Assembly (NCBI GenBank): GCA_002269645.1 | Contig: NIVC01002701.1 | Span: 1 to 64,000, forward strand | Direction of reading: 5' to 3' | Length of the DNA stretch: 64,000 bases | From: Macrostomum lignano | Taxonomy: Eukaryota | Shown: positions 1-12,410 of the stretch, in pieces | Numbering within the stretch: position 1 is the first letter of the stretch | How the letters are laid out: the number at the start of each line of letters is the position of its first letter | The notes under the pieces: model-generated | The model's database searches: none | Seen by the model: the letters and a program-made list of their open reading frames with translations, nothing else | What the model was told of the DNA's origin: nothing | Position numbers and translations under genes: made by a program

Positions 1-1043
1 GGAGAAAAATATAGACTAGAGCTAGAGGCAACTAGAAAGCCTGTCGCCTACAGATGATACCAGCTAACCAGCTTAGTCTATCGTTAAATCAGCAAAACAA
101 TTACGGAACTACCACATTAGAGTAGTCTGAAAAGACTGACACAGAGTGTCAGCTTAGTTTATTACTATAGAAATTTAATTCAGCTTATTTATTAAATTTT
201 CTGTTCAAGACAGGGCGATTTTGGTTAAGAAACAATGACTTAATTTGTGAAATAAGGAAATTACTAAGAAATTATATCTTGTTTTTGTACACACGGCCTA
301 AATAAATTTCAAGAAAACTAAAATATAAAAGTGAAATTAAAATTTAATTATATGCAGTAAAAACCAAAAATTTTTGTTTAGAAAATCATAGATACATAAA
401 AACGACTAACTATTCTATCAGTTTTGTTTTACTGCGACTTTAATATTACTTGAAACAAAGCAGCTCGGAGTGTAATTGATATAATTAGAGTGTACCGTGT
501 TGGTATTATAAGAGGTAAGTCAATTTTTTGAATTGTCTCTCCTCTTATAATATCTCATATTGTCATTTACTTAAAGTTTTGTGTTGTACGGCTTCTCTCC
601 GTTCTGATGCAAACCTCTAAAGTACGGCTGAATATGTAGTGTACATGTACTTCAAGCTATATGCATGGCTACGATCGTACTTTGGTTTTGGCCTCAAGTC
701 ACAGAAGAGACATCATGTGTGCACCCAACAACACAAGCCTATGTGCAGAACACCTGGGCCGGTGGGGTTGATTTTTGCTGATTTATTCACAACCAACAAA
801 GACGTACCAAACGCATTAATTTGGTTGTAGATTTCGACATAAGTAGAACATGTACATGTATATATTACAAGCAAGCAAAGCAAGGATACAAACCTTAGAG
901 ATTTGTATATTTAGATTGCAGTCAGCTGTGTGATATTTGACATACCATGGAGAAGTTTGATCTTCACTTTTATAAATATTCGACAAGTCAATATGGCTAA
1001 TGGACACTTCGTCGATCAAATACTTTGACGACCTGCATCAGAT

Positions 1044-1477
1044 CGAGGCGTCACCATGGATTTTATGGTGGGGGACAAAGCCAAGAATTTTACATTTTGC
1101 ATGACTAAATTCCTAAATTCCAAATCATTTTTGCGCCACAATCACTCATTTTAGCGCCGCAGGCACTCATTTTGGCGCCGCAGGCACTCATTTCAGCGCC
1201 GCAGGCACTCGTCTTAGCGCCGTAGTCGCCATTTTGGTGCCGCAGGCGCTATGTTTTGTCGCCCTGAAGCAAAATTATTCATTTCCGGTCAGCAAAGATA
1301 GGGTCTTATTATTATAATTTTTACGTTATTTTACACGCGATTTTACACGCGACCCATTTCTAAACGTCGCTGCTCCATAATGTGGGGGACAAAGAATCGG
1401 CATGTCCACCACCATAGCGTGGGGGGGGGGGGCGGGCCGTCATGTCCCCCTTGGTCCCCCCAGTGGCGACGCCCCTG
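1044..1477. mobile_element. Putative hAT-like MITE with imperfect terminal inverted repeats and internal 21-bp tandem units
   Basis: Left end cgaggcgtcaccat resembles the reverse complement of the right end (caggggcgtcgccact). About 5 degenerate gcaggcactcattttagcgcc units lie at ~1140-1250. No clean TSD seen. Confidence 0.45.
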
Positions 1478-2049
1478 GCCAGCATACAGTGTCATTTTAT
1501 ATTAAATGAGCAGCATTTCATTAAGTAAAAAGCAACTGCTCACCTGTGTTTTATACGCAGTTTTACACACATAAAATACATTTACTACTTGTCCTTGATT
1601 ATTGCTTTTGTTTATTCTTTTACAAAACTGAACTACATGTACGAGCTATATAAAGCTATTTAAATTTTGAGTATAATACATAAGGTACCCGTGCATATTG
1701 CAAGGGTGTAAGCGTCGAGAGTGAACAGTAACATGTACGTGTATAGAGATTAGTAGTTTTGTGGATTTTAATTAAAATTACGTACGCATTTGATTTAAAG
1801 CTATTTAAAAATAGACGCTTAAAGTAAACACAGATAGTACATTACATGTATCTTGGTCTTATAAATCTACACGAGCATTCGCTACAAAAGTTACATTGTC
1901 GTTTCTTTCTTAGATGTACATGGTTTACACGTACATGTATACAATTGCCTAGAAAGCGCACAAAAGTAAAAAAACTACGTTCGAGAGTAGAACGCCGTTT
2001 TCTGCAGTTCTGATCTTTCATAAAGAAAACCGATCGAAGCGACCCATTT

Positions 2050-3191
2050 CTAAACGTCGCTGCTCCATCGCGGGATGTCGGGGCATTCCTGCAGCAGCCG
2101 GGCAGCCGCATCGCCCGTCACCAGGGCAGTTAGCAGACGCTGGTCGGAAGCTCCTTCACCGCCGTAGGGATTGGCTGCCACCGCAACAACAGCCGTCGAA
2201 GCTGTCATCCGGTCGGCTTTCTTGGCCATCAGACATCCGCCAGCTCGAACCCGGTGCACGTCGTTTCCCCAGCAGTCGAGCACGGCGGCCCAGCCTCCGT
2301 TGATGACGATGAGCACACCCTGAAGGTCGCTGCCTGGCAGCAAAAGCGGCTGCCCATCTGCGAACCGTTTCAACTGGAAGCTGCCGTCAACCAGCTCGGC
2401 GAGGCGCCCGATGGAGACACTCGCCAGGGCTGGCGACCTGCTCAAGCTTTGAACAATTTGACTCCGTCTGCGGCGGACAGCCGGCAGGACGAAGGTCCAG
2501 TCCAGCACCCACAGGGAGCCTGGAGACAGCGGCTTCACCGTGGCCTGCAGGTGCTGATGCTGCTGCTGATGTTTATTGACGGCAAAACCGACAACTCCGC
2601 TGTCTCTAAACAGGTGCAGCACCTGGCCACTGGCTCTGTCGGGCACTTCAGTCTTCACCTGGTAACTGCCGCTGCGAATCACCATTAGGTTATCGGTTGG
2701 TATGGTGTCTCCTGGAAATTATCGAGCAAATTATAAACTTAATGAGCATTCGAAACTGTGACAGACGAATGATTACATGTAGATGTACTCGTAGTAGATC
2801 AGCAATGACAAGCACTATAAGAATGTCTGCAACTCACTCAGTCCAACCGGATGCACGCGCATGGCGTCAGCAATTCTCTCCAGGTCGCTGTCCTCGAGCA
2901 CATCTAAATATGAAGCGCTCCTAAGCGCTTTAACTATGCTCAACCGGTCTTCCGGCGATTTCTCGTAGAATGGCTGAAAATTTTAGTATAACTGGCTGTG
3001 AGCTTGGGACATGCGCGTCTAATTTGCACCGCAGAAGTGTCAACATTTCATCAGCAGATGCTTACCAAATTGGCCAGAATTTTTTTGTCGTTAAAGTCAT
3101 AGCCGATGTCAAGTTTGTTAAAAAGAGTAATCAAGGACTTGCTAATCAGATGGGCTGGCTTTAATATAGGCAAGGAAGCGAGCTGGGCCAT
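2050..3191 (-). CDS. PKA regulatory-subunit-like protein with tandem degenerate cNMP-binding domains (~307 aa, 3 exons)
   Basis: Exons 3191-3066, 2973-2838 and 2711-2050 join in frame with GT-AG introns (924 nt). The translation (YEKSPEDRLSIVKAL...LERIADAM...DNLMVIRSG...ATVKPLSPGSLWVLD...LSRSPALASV...LKRFADGQPLLLPG...VLIVING...LLQECPDI) aligns by eye with PKA RII cNMP-A and cNMP-B. The first exon is less certain. Confidence 0.7.
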
Positions 3192-3719
3192 GGTGCCAAG
3201 AGTTAGCTTCGGACAAGGTGACTAAGACTGTTCGAAACGCTTAGAGAATCGATCCTGGCCCGCTTTCTCACCGCTCCGAGGCGCGGAAACTGACCAGCTA
3301 TATAGATAACTCTACAAACTCAACAGCTTCGATTTTGTGGGCGAGTCCAAAGCAAATTTTTCGCTCCGATTATTTCAGCAATTTTCTTTTTAAATCTAAA
3401 TAATTTGTTTTGCATCAACTGTTTTGCTTCAATCTCGGAGTAGAATTACCTCTGCTAAAGGGACCTTCTGCCAATTTTGAATCCCCTTCAACTGGCGCCG
3501 CTGAATACGATTGAAAAAGAAAAATTGGAACAGACATGGGTTATTACAATAATTATCAGTTTTGCCATAGTCAAAAAGCCTAGAAAGCAACTTTTCACGA
3601 AAATTTACCTTTTAATTGTTGCTTCGCACTGCCGGCCGTGGTCAGAGAAATTACGGCGAAACAACTTGCTAAATATGGAATTTTTAGAGTAGAAAAATTG
3701 TTGCGAAGATTGCTGGTAC

Positions 3720-4286
3720 CAGGGTCTGCCGCAATTGGACTGCTGCCAGTGACGTGTGACTATCAGTGACGTGTGACTATCAGTGACGTGTGACTATCAG
3801 TGACGTGTGACTATCAGTGAAACTTGACTAATAGTGAAACTTGACTATCCGTGACGTGTGACTATCAGTGACGTGTGACTATCAGTGAAACTTGACTATC
3901 AGTGACGTGTGACTATCAGTGACGTGTGACTATCAGTGACGTGTGACTATCAGTGACGTGTGACTATCAGTGAAACTTGACTATCAGTGACGTGTGACTA
4001 TCAGTGAAACTTGACTATCAGTGACGTGTGACTATCAGTGACGTGTGACTATCAGTGACGTGTGACTATCAGTGAAACTTGACTATTAGTGAAACTTGAC
4101 TATCCGTGACGTGTGACTGCCAGTGACAACTGCCGGCAATTCGATTATTTCATATTGACTGCCAACTCTATCCCCATCACTAACCTTACCTGCAACCTAA
4201 CCTACCAAACCTAAACCACATAAAATAAACCCTAATCCTGACTAACCTAAATAATCGAGAGTCAAATGACTTGTATCCAGTATTTC
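3720..4286 (+). mobile_element. Non-autonomous element with a central 17-bp tandem array (cagtgacgtgtgactat) and a ccctaa-rich end, DINE-1/HINE-like layout
   Basis: About 22 units at 3748-4125, then attgactgccaa, a taacc/ccctaa tract and terminal tccagtat. A related inverted copy lies at 27772-28112. Confidence 0.6.
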
Positions 4287-4479
4287 AACCAACTGTTCTT
4301 GACTTGCGCTGATTCCACTTTATATAATTTAGAAGATACCATGATTTCGGATTTTTATCATGTTTGATTCATTCGTATAGTGTAGCTGTACATGTACCAG
4401 ATACAAACCGGCACCAGACACACTACAATACACTCGGCCCGGGTCCATATCTGATGGAACTGCCTTTAAGGGATCCCCT

Positions 4480-4830
4480 CTCAAGCCATGGCTGATTTTC
4501 TAGACATCGCTACCTCTAGGGAAAATTCCGCAGTTAAGAATGCCCATTTTGCCTCTCCGATGTTGAGAATACGAATCACTTCATCTGTGAATGCCCCCCA
4601 GCCTTTACTCAGGACAGGCTCACCTACCTCGGCCCAAACCCGGACGTTTACAGGCCCGGGAATTTCTGCAGTTCGCTATTTAAAGGCTAAGGGCTACTGG
4701 GCGAGCGACCATTTAACTCGCGTCGGCACCAGCACCACCGGATCTCCCGACACCGAAACACAAGCTGCCCAGAGACCTCTGAAGCTAAGTCAAGTGACGA
4801 AAGTAAGTCAAGTCTTTAAATTGGGAGGGG
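4480..4830 (+). mobile_element. Decayed 3' fragment of a non-LTR retrotransposon (C-terminal CCHC-like motif)
   Basis: With stops and a frameshift it reads LRC*EYESLH / ICECPPAFTQDRLTYLG, similar to the H-x-L-CECP-A...R...LG motif at the end of R1/LOA/I-type ORF2. Confidence 0.4.
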
Positions 4831-5244
4831 GTGATTTCGCTTCAAAACGCTTTCATCTACTGAACAGTTTATTCTTCAAAATAATCCGTGCATAAATTAT
4901 CGGATTACGGTGCAGACGCAGAGTGACTACTGCAGTAAATCAGTGAACTGAACGCTACATGTATAACAAAATTAACAAATATAAGTATAAAAATTTAACG
5001 TAAATAAAATTATTTTAATAATATATAAAGCCAGTAAATATGCACGTCAGTTTCATTTAAATATTAAAGTATTGACTTGAAGTTTTCAAACACATTAACA
5101 TTTCTCAAACAATGTGTGTACTTAGGCTTGTGGATTGTACATGTACTTCAGAGATCATTAGATTCTAGCTCATTCTAGCTCTTTTATTGTATCTCTGTTT
5201 TAGGGCATTTGGAAATTCAAACTGTTTAAGCTAAAAAAAACCGC

Positions 5245-8200
5245 TCAGAAAGCGGTCATTATGTCCGCCTCGTTGGGGCCATGTACCTCGGAATCCTTGA
5301 GTTCATTGCTACCAGCTGCTGAGCAACCCTCGGATGCGCTGGGCCTCTGTCGCAATTTCGCTGCGAGCCTTTGGCTAATGTAGATGAGCAGCTCGACCAC
5401 CTCGCAGACAGTCAGAATCGAGACGCCTGACCAGAGACCCAAGGCGCCTGTAGATTGAAAAAAATCGTTTACGATTCTAAGTGGGAATTCGATTGTCTAC
5501 GTCTCTACGTAGCAAACAATTCGAATTAAATTTTTGCGATCGATACCGAAGTGAAATCATAGTGTATAGGTCACTCTGAAGTAGCTTTTACAACCCCTAG
5601 GAACTGGCCTGTACTGGACTCTATAGGTGCAAGTTTTGTTTTAGTTCTCCCGACTTGCTTCCGCTTTGAGATCGCATTGGACTGAAACTCAACGCTGCAA
5701 AAGCTTTGGGAAAATTTTCAGAAACTTTTTGACGAAGTTTCGGTGCATTTTATTGCTTTTAATTTTTACCACACCGTGATCTGATTCGAAACGCATGCTC
5801 GTAAAATATGAACGATTTCCTCCTATGTCTGCAACGAGATTCTTGGTAGGGTAGGCCTCCTCTTCGGTGATCTCCTGACCTTCGGAGGTCCACGCCTGAA
5901 CTGTCAGTCTGGCCAGGCGGTTCTGCAGCGACTCGAGCTCTTTTTCGAAGCCCAGAATGTCCTTGGCGCTCTGATTGGCAAAAGGCACCCCGGTGAGGCT
6001 AAGTGACTTCAAGTACGCTTGGTAGAAATTGGCTACACCTCTAAGACCGCTAACGCTGGTCCGGTAGCCGTAGTTGCTTGCAAGCTTCTGCAATAGCAGA
6101 GTGGATCTGGCAGTCTTCAAGTTAGGCCACGGATAAGTGACGTAACGGACACTGTAGCCGTCTGTCCGACACGGAGACTGACAGCGCTTCATCGCCTCAA
6201 ACTCGTACTGGTTTATCCGCGATACCTGCTCATTGTACCGTATCTCAAGATCGATAGACAAGTTGCCGATGTCCTTGGCGTCGAAACAGTAGCTGTACTG
6301 GTCGAATAAGTCCACCTTGACTGGCAGAATCGACGGTAAACAGTTGCAGTTTTCGATGAACTGCTGTACAATGTACGAATTGATGCAATCCTCTCTACCG
6401 GAGACGTTGAACTGTCGCTCAGTGGCAGTCAGAACGCTGGATAAACGTTAAGTTATGACCAGTGAAATATCATGCACTTTTATCTGTTCTACGCTCGTAC
6501 CTTCGATGCTAGCTAAAGCTCAACGCAATTATTTCTCAAGCACTGACCTTGAACTGTTCGGCAGTAGCAGCATCGCCCGGAGTCTTCTGATCATCTCAGA
6601 CCAATTCTCAGAGTGGCCGACCAACTCTGCAGCTTCCTCCATTCTGAAGAATGTTTAATTCAGTTCAAAGGAGCCATTGAAACCTTCTGCTTTAATTTGC
6701 CGTAGGCAATTTTCAAGAAAATTTAATGTCACTGAAGAAAGTTACCTACTTTAGGTCTTCGTTTGACATGGACTTCTTCCATGACGGCAGTCGATATACA
6801 ATTGGCTCGGTGGTCTCTAGGCACGGCCTCGATGCAGTTGAGAGTCTGGAGTATCTTTCGAACCTGAGCTGCACGTCCATGCGTTGGGAGGCGGCCACGT
6901 CGATGCCCTTGGACGACCAGGGGAACGAGTCTTCCGGAACAATGATCGCCTAGGAGTGGAAGGTTGTGGTAATAGTTTTGGATTTACGTGGGGTTTCTGC
7001 ACTAGACTTCTTATTTTACAATCATTTGAGACATTTGACAATTTCATTTGAATTTTTTAAAATGTTTCGCATTTTGGCACAAAATAAAAGAAACATGCTT
7101 TCTAAGTCTTTCCAAGGTAGGTTCAGTCAAGTCTGCATTGACTTTCTGGATGTAACTTTTTTGTTACCTCAGGGTTAGCTTAGCTCTCGCTTTTGAGTTT
7201 TTAGTGTACAGTTTTGTGTGTTTTTGTCTTTGACTTCAGTCATTTTTATGATTCGGTGCAAAAATTTTTAATGACTACACCTCGATCAACTTTCCTTGTG
7301 TGCCTTTACTGATTCGCAAATGATATCTCATTGTGCACTTTCACATCCGGATTGTGATTCCTCTATCAAAAACACACCGCTTACCTTGAAAGCCAGGTCG
7401 CTGATCTCCAAGCTCATACCGTTATGAAACGCACTGGTCATTTCGGGCATGTCCTCGACTGTTTTCCCTTTAGAGTCTGTGGAGTCGGTGAAGTACGTTA
7501 TTGACAGCTGACTCCCTGCTAGCTGGGTGCTCGACATGTTGGCGATGAAGCTCTGCTTGAGAAACTGGTGGCACATTCCCAGCTGCGGATGGTCGATATT
7601 GACGAAGTGCTCCTTGGTGCATTTCTGGCCAGCGAAGGTGCAGTCGGCCAGGCCGATGCTGAGGTCGTTGCTGAACTGCCTGGCGAGCAGGTGGCTGCCG
7701 ACCGAGTCAGTGAAGACGCCTCTGACGCTGGTTTCAGCAGCTGAAATTTTTGTGCCGACAGGCAATGCGTGAAGCTCAGAATTTATAGTTTTAACAACTT
7801 TTAGGCTCCGACTTACAACAAGTAGGAATTGTGCAGCGTTCGAATGCCATCTCAAAAAACTGAGTTTGAAAAATTGGTACCGACATTGTGTGCAGCAGAG
7901 ATGGATCGGCAAAGCAGACGGGAGAATTGGAGATTAACACTGGGTGCCGTCTGAAAGTGATGTTAAAAATGAGATGCAGTCGTTCTACAGCTGCTTGCAA
8001 AAAATGAGGCTAGTGAAACTCACGTGAAGGTGCCGTTCTCAGTTTCCGCTAGGTCAATAACTATGCTCACTGGACGACAAAAGTTGTCGCTGGTGTTCCC
8101 AATACGGTCGGGGGTTTGAATCTTTAGTCGCAGCAGTTTTTCAACAAAGCGAACACCTGAAATGCAATATTTATCAACTATAGTTCGGCGCATTGGGTTC

Positions 8201-11100
8201 ACTTCACGTGCATGTTGATTTAAAAACATCCATTCAGACGAATGAAAAGTTGCTGTTTTAAGATAGTGGGTGTGTGCTTTCTTGCTAATAAGATCGTAGC
8301 TAGATAGTCTTACTCCATCCACTCCCTAGGTGTGAAACTAAAACGGATACCAAAAATAGCACCAGCAAATCACTTGAACAATCGGCCTTCAAAATGTTTC
8401 TTTCCCTAGTTCGTTAGTGCCATTTTTGGTTTGCTAGTTTCCAACCGAGTACAAAAAATTGAAGAAATTGTTTTCCCTAGCAGAGATTAGAAAGTTCAGA
8501 AACGTACAAACCTTTATTGAGTTTCATCTTCATCTGCACGTTCTCCACGCTACTCCAAGGCAAACAGTCCCGGCCCGACTCTGTCCAGTTCGTCCGACCA
8601 GTGTACACCACATTCGCTCCGGCATTTTTGCTCACGGCGCAGTCGAACTCTTTAGTAGCGGCTGTAATGTGCTGCGTTAGTTTGTTAGATAGTTCGCAAC
8701 AGGCCACCCGCAGAGAATCGCCTAAGCTACCGAAGTTTCTTTCACCAGCCCTAAATTGATGTCTCAGTGAACGGAATGAATACTAGCTTCTTCGACTGCT
8801 TTGGCTGTAATCAACACCATTGACTCACCGCAGTAAGGGACGTCGCACAAGCCAGCGTTTAGTCTTTCAGAGTCCATGAAGAAGCAGTAGGGTCCGCCTG
8901 AATAAGCTTCCAATTGACCAAACCTTCCAATATGCATTGGTTTGTCTTCTAAAAGAAGTCACGGATTAAAGCTGATGGAGAAACTAATTAGCTTTATTAA
9001 TTAGAGTATATTCAGCACACAAACCAACATCCCGGATGATCATAACAGCAGCGGTCCTGTCTGATCCGCATGGCTCCGTTTTGCTGTTGCCGCACTGCCT
9101 GTCGCAGCTGGTCCAGCTCCCGTCGGCCAGAGTGGCAGCGGCCTCGGAGCTGCCGCAGAGGCAGTCGCCGCGGTTCAGCAGCGCTGCAAACGGAGCGTTG
9201 AACTTGTCGCAGCACTGGGCGCACGGCTCAAAGGCCTCCAGGCCTCCGCTGTAGCACGTGATGTTGAAAGCCGTGTCCGCTGTCACTGGGAAGCAGCCAA
9301 TTATTTCCCGTCTGGGTCCTGTGTGAGCGCATGGAGTGCGTCAGTTCAAGAGTGAGAGAGTCAGTCAGTCAGTCAGTCAGTCAGTCAGTCAGTCAGTCAG
9401 TCAGTCAGTCAGTCAGTCAGCAGTCAGTCAGTCAGTCAGTCAGTCAGTCAGTCAGTCAGCCAGTCAGTCAGCCAGTCAGTCAGTCAGTCAGTCAGTCAGT
9501 CAGTCAGTCAGTCAGCCAGTCAGTCAGCCAGTCAGTCAGTCAGTCAGTCAGTCAGTCAGTCAGTCAGTCAGTCAGTCAGTCAGTCAGTCAGCCAGTCAGT
9601 CAGTCAGTCAGTCAGTCAGTCAGTCAGTCAGTCAGTCAGTCAGTCAGTCAGTCAGTCAGTCAGTCAGTCAGTCAGTCAGTCAGTCAGTCAGTCAGTCAGT
9701 CAGTCAGTCAGTCAGTCAGTCAGTCAGTCAGTCAGTCAGTCAGTCAGTCAGTCAGTCAGTCAGTCAGTCAGTCAGTCAGTCAGTCAGTCAGTCAGTCAGT
9801 CAGTCAGTCAGTCAGTCAGTCAGTCAGTCAGTCAGTCAGTCAGTCAGTCAGTCACTCACTCACTCGCTAAGTCAGTCACTTACGAGTTGCAATTGGGAGA
9901 AACTCTGTCAGCGGCAAACCCGGAGGTAAGCGGCACCTGGACTCAGTCTCTGAGAAGTTGAGTTTCATCAGCAAGCCACCCAGTACTTCAGCATTCGAGC
10001 TCCCTCTCTGCAGCATGCGTGCTGCATCATTCCATCGCATGCACTGCTTGTAGATCACGTAGGGCTGTACAGGTGGCTTAACCGAATAGTTTCCAAGTGT
10101 TTTTGAATCGGAAGGATCAATCGTAATACTAGATGGCCCATAGACAACTGCATAGCTTGCGTTTCCAAGGTAGTTACTTCCGTCGAGACTTCTCCTACAG
10201 TCGGAGCTTTTATTTTTTGCTGCAAAAAATTGTTTTGACTCGCATTTTTGCGGGAAAATCTATTTTCACGCATTTATAATGCTGGAAATACATCGCTTAA
10301 AATTAATTTCAAGAATTTATAGTCACTGCTGAGTTCGTCTCGTAGAAAAGCAGCTGTAAGTACGAGTTATTCAATGTATAAACCGACTTTTAGTCTCAGT
10401 ACTGTAGCTTCTACCGGGGTTATGGGGATCTTTAGATGCTTACAGTCTTGCAGGTGCCAAGTGGATATCTAAGCTTAGTCGTGGAGGTGTCAGGTCGATC
10501 TCTAAAGCTAAGTAAATCTCGAAGGACCCGAGGTGAAGCTTAACTACACAAATTCGCAGGTTGTAGAAGGAAGCAAACATAAATTTAGAACTTTCAAGGC
10601 AGCTTACACTTTACTAGCAGTTTCAGTTGGCTCATCACGGCTGATTCAGTTTGCTCCAATGCAATCAAAAACGCTTGCGTCGGCTTGTTAAAAAAAAGAG
10701 TTTCCGATTTAGACAAATCAAAGTCGTAAAGTTTGATTTTTTCGCTTGTGTTACTCTTAGAGCCGAGCTCTACATTGTAAATATCCGATGTCGACAGCAT
10801 CGGAACAATTCTACTCATGGTGACGGCGTGAGTCGGGCAGATGTACACATCCGGGAACTGGTACGGCAGAGTGGACACCGTTATTGTTGTTAACACCGGA
10901 GCCTGCTGGTACCTGTCGAACAGGGTGTACAGGTGGTAGCCGAACCCGCTGTAGGTAGCCAGCAGAAAAGTGAGCCATAGTGACCTGCCGATGAAGCTGG
11001 ACTGCTCAGAGAATCTGCCCAGTCCGTGAGCACTTGTGTAGCTGCAGAACTGCTTGACAGGTGAGCTCAGCTCATGCTGGTCAGCGGGTTCGCTGCTCAT
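5245..11100 (-). CDS. DEG/ENaC channel with kringle(WSC)-kringle insert, paralogue A (~1043 aa, 12 exons; intron 11 donor non-canonical)
   Basis: Exons 11100-10608, 10219-9884, 9318-9025, 8948-8829, 8661-8512, 8156-8024, 7950-7817, 7740-7385, 6949-6750, 6643-6548, 6436-5820, 5447-5245 (3132 nt, in frame). Motifs: FCSYTSAHG (HG motif), TM1, FPDVYICP, CTFAGQKC...GMCHQF, Cys-rich thumb (CINSY...CNCLP...CQSPC), LVADIGGALGLWSGVS (TM2). Intron 11 starts GAAATC rather than GT. Confidence 0.85.
9359..9853. repeat. (CAGT)n microsatellite filling intron 2 of ENaC paralogue A
   Basis: Near-perfect tetranucleotide run visible directly. Confidence 0.97.
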
Positions 11101-12410
11101 CGCTGGGGTTCGTCTGGGATGCAGCTAAAATGGAAGCTAGTATTATCTTTCTGTCTATATAGCCTATTTGCTGAGCTGCTGAGCTCCCTATATAGCCTAT
11201 GGCTGCCAACTTTGTGTTCTCTCCCGTTAGGTGTAGCAGGCTCCCCGGTAAGTCAGCAATGGATTTGGTCCAGCCAGTGGCTGCAAAGTTATTTAATTAT
11301 TTATTTTTATTCCGCAAAATATTTTAGCTAATTAGCCACATCAATAGTCATCAATCAAGTCATTATATATCGACTATTTCAAGCCGCATCAGTGAGTAGT
11401 TGACTAATATAATTTACTGACTTTGAAGTTGTCCGGCGGGGGGGGGGTTTGATACTACAGCAGATCAGAGTGACTAATAGACCCGCAGTCAGCTAAAACC
11501 CAAGCTGCCATGCATGCCATTCACATGACCCTGAGACCGCTCAAGCATACGGATGCATACACAGCGGCCCTGTCTTTCTTATTTGCACGAAAATTGCTAG
11601 AAAAAGTGGCAATAACCATAACATGCAATCACTCTTACTGCAGCAACGGGATCGCAAGCCAAATGTCGTATAAGGCTTAACTACATTGAGCTACATTGAG
11701 TCGTAGGATGAATAGTCGAGGGCGCTTCTCTGCGGGTGGGGGGGGGAGTTGAGGAGGCGATTCTCTGCGGGTAGGGGGGTCGATGGTGATTCTTTCGGTG
11801 GGGTTTCACTTGGACAGGTACTGACAAGTGTCACTGCAGGCAGTTGTTGTGCACCCGGCTTACTTTCTCACCGTCGGAAATTTGCTACACGTAAAAGTTC
11901 TACGTCACCTATACTGGCTGCATGCATGTCAAGGACTTCTAATCTAAAGCTTTCTAATTTGTCTATGGCAAAACCTCATTTAGCGCAATGCATTTAAAAG
12001 AAAAGAAGACAGTTGCATTTGAAAAAACACAACAGTATTTTGATCGTTTTCGCTCTTCAGTACTATAGCTTTTTGCAGTTCATTTGGGTTTACGCGCATT
12101 TATTGCAATTTAATCTAAGATGATTGTTACACAATTGCAATGTCGAAAAGCGTGCATTAAATCCTATAGTCTATGGTCACTCCCCATCTCACGCCAACCA
12201 AAAAGCAGAGGACCAAAGGAGAGGACCAAAAAGTACTCTGCTGAACGCAGTGTGAAGTCTATCGTCATTGATGGTCCTAAAATTAAAATCCTGATTAAGT
12301 AAGTACGTGCAGACTTTTTTTAAGCATGGAAGCTATTGAGAAGAAGCATGAGTTATGCGTTATTCGTTTTCTGTTTTTCTCGTTTTCTATCAAATACACA
12401 TTAATTGTTT

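Noticed and set aside
4180-4250. Telomere-like ccctaa/ttaggg tracts (also 27840-27885)
   Set aside because: Short, degenerate and part of an interspersed element; not a telomere array.
4779-4802. Possible hammerhead ribozyme (CTGAAG...gtc-aagt-gac-GAAA)
   Set aside because: The core reads CTGAAGC rather than CTGANGA, and I could not form stems I and III or a cleavage triplet.
9331-9929. Long ORFs across microsatellites (SQSV, THSL, DRQT, SVCL, LSCL repeats here and at 18246-18750, 22190-23031, 27236-27744, 47940-48914)
   Set aside because: Stop-free translations of simple repeats lying in introns or intergenic DNA. The real exons nearby splice around them.
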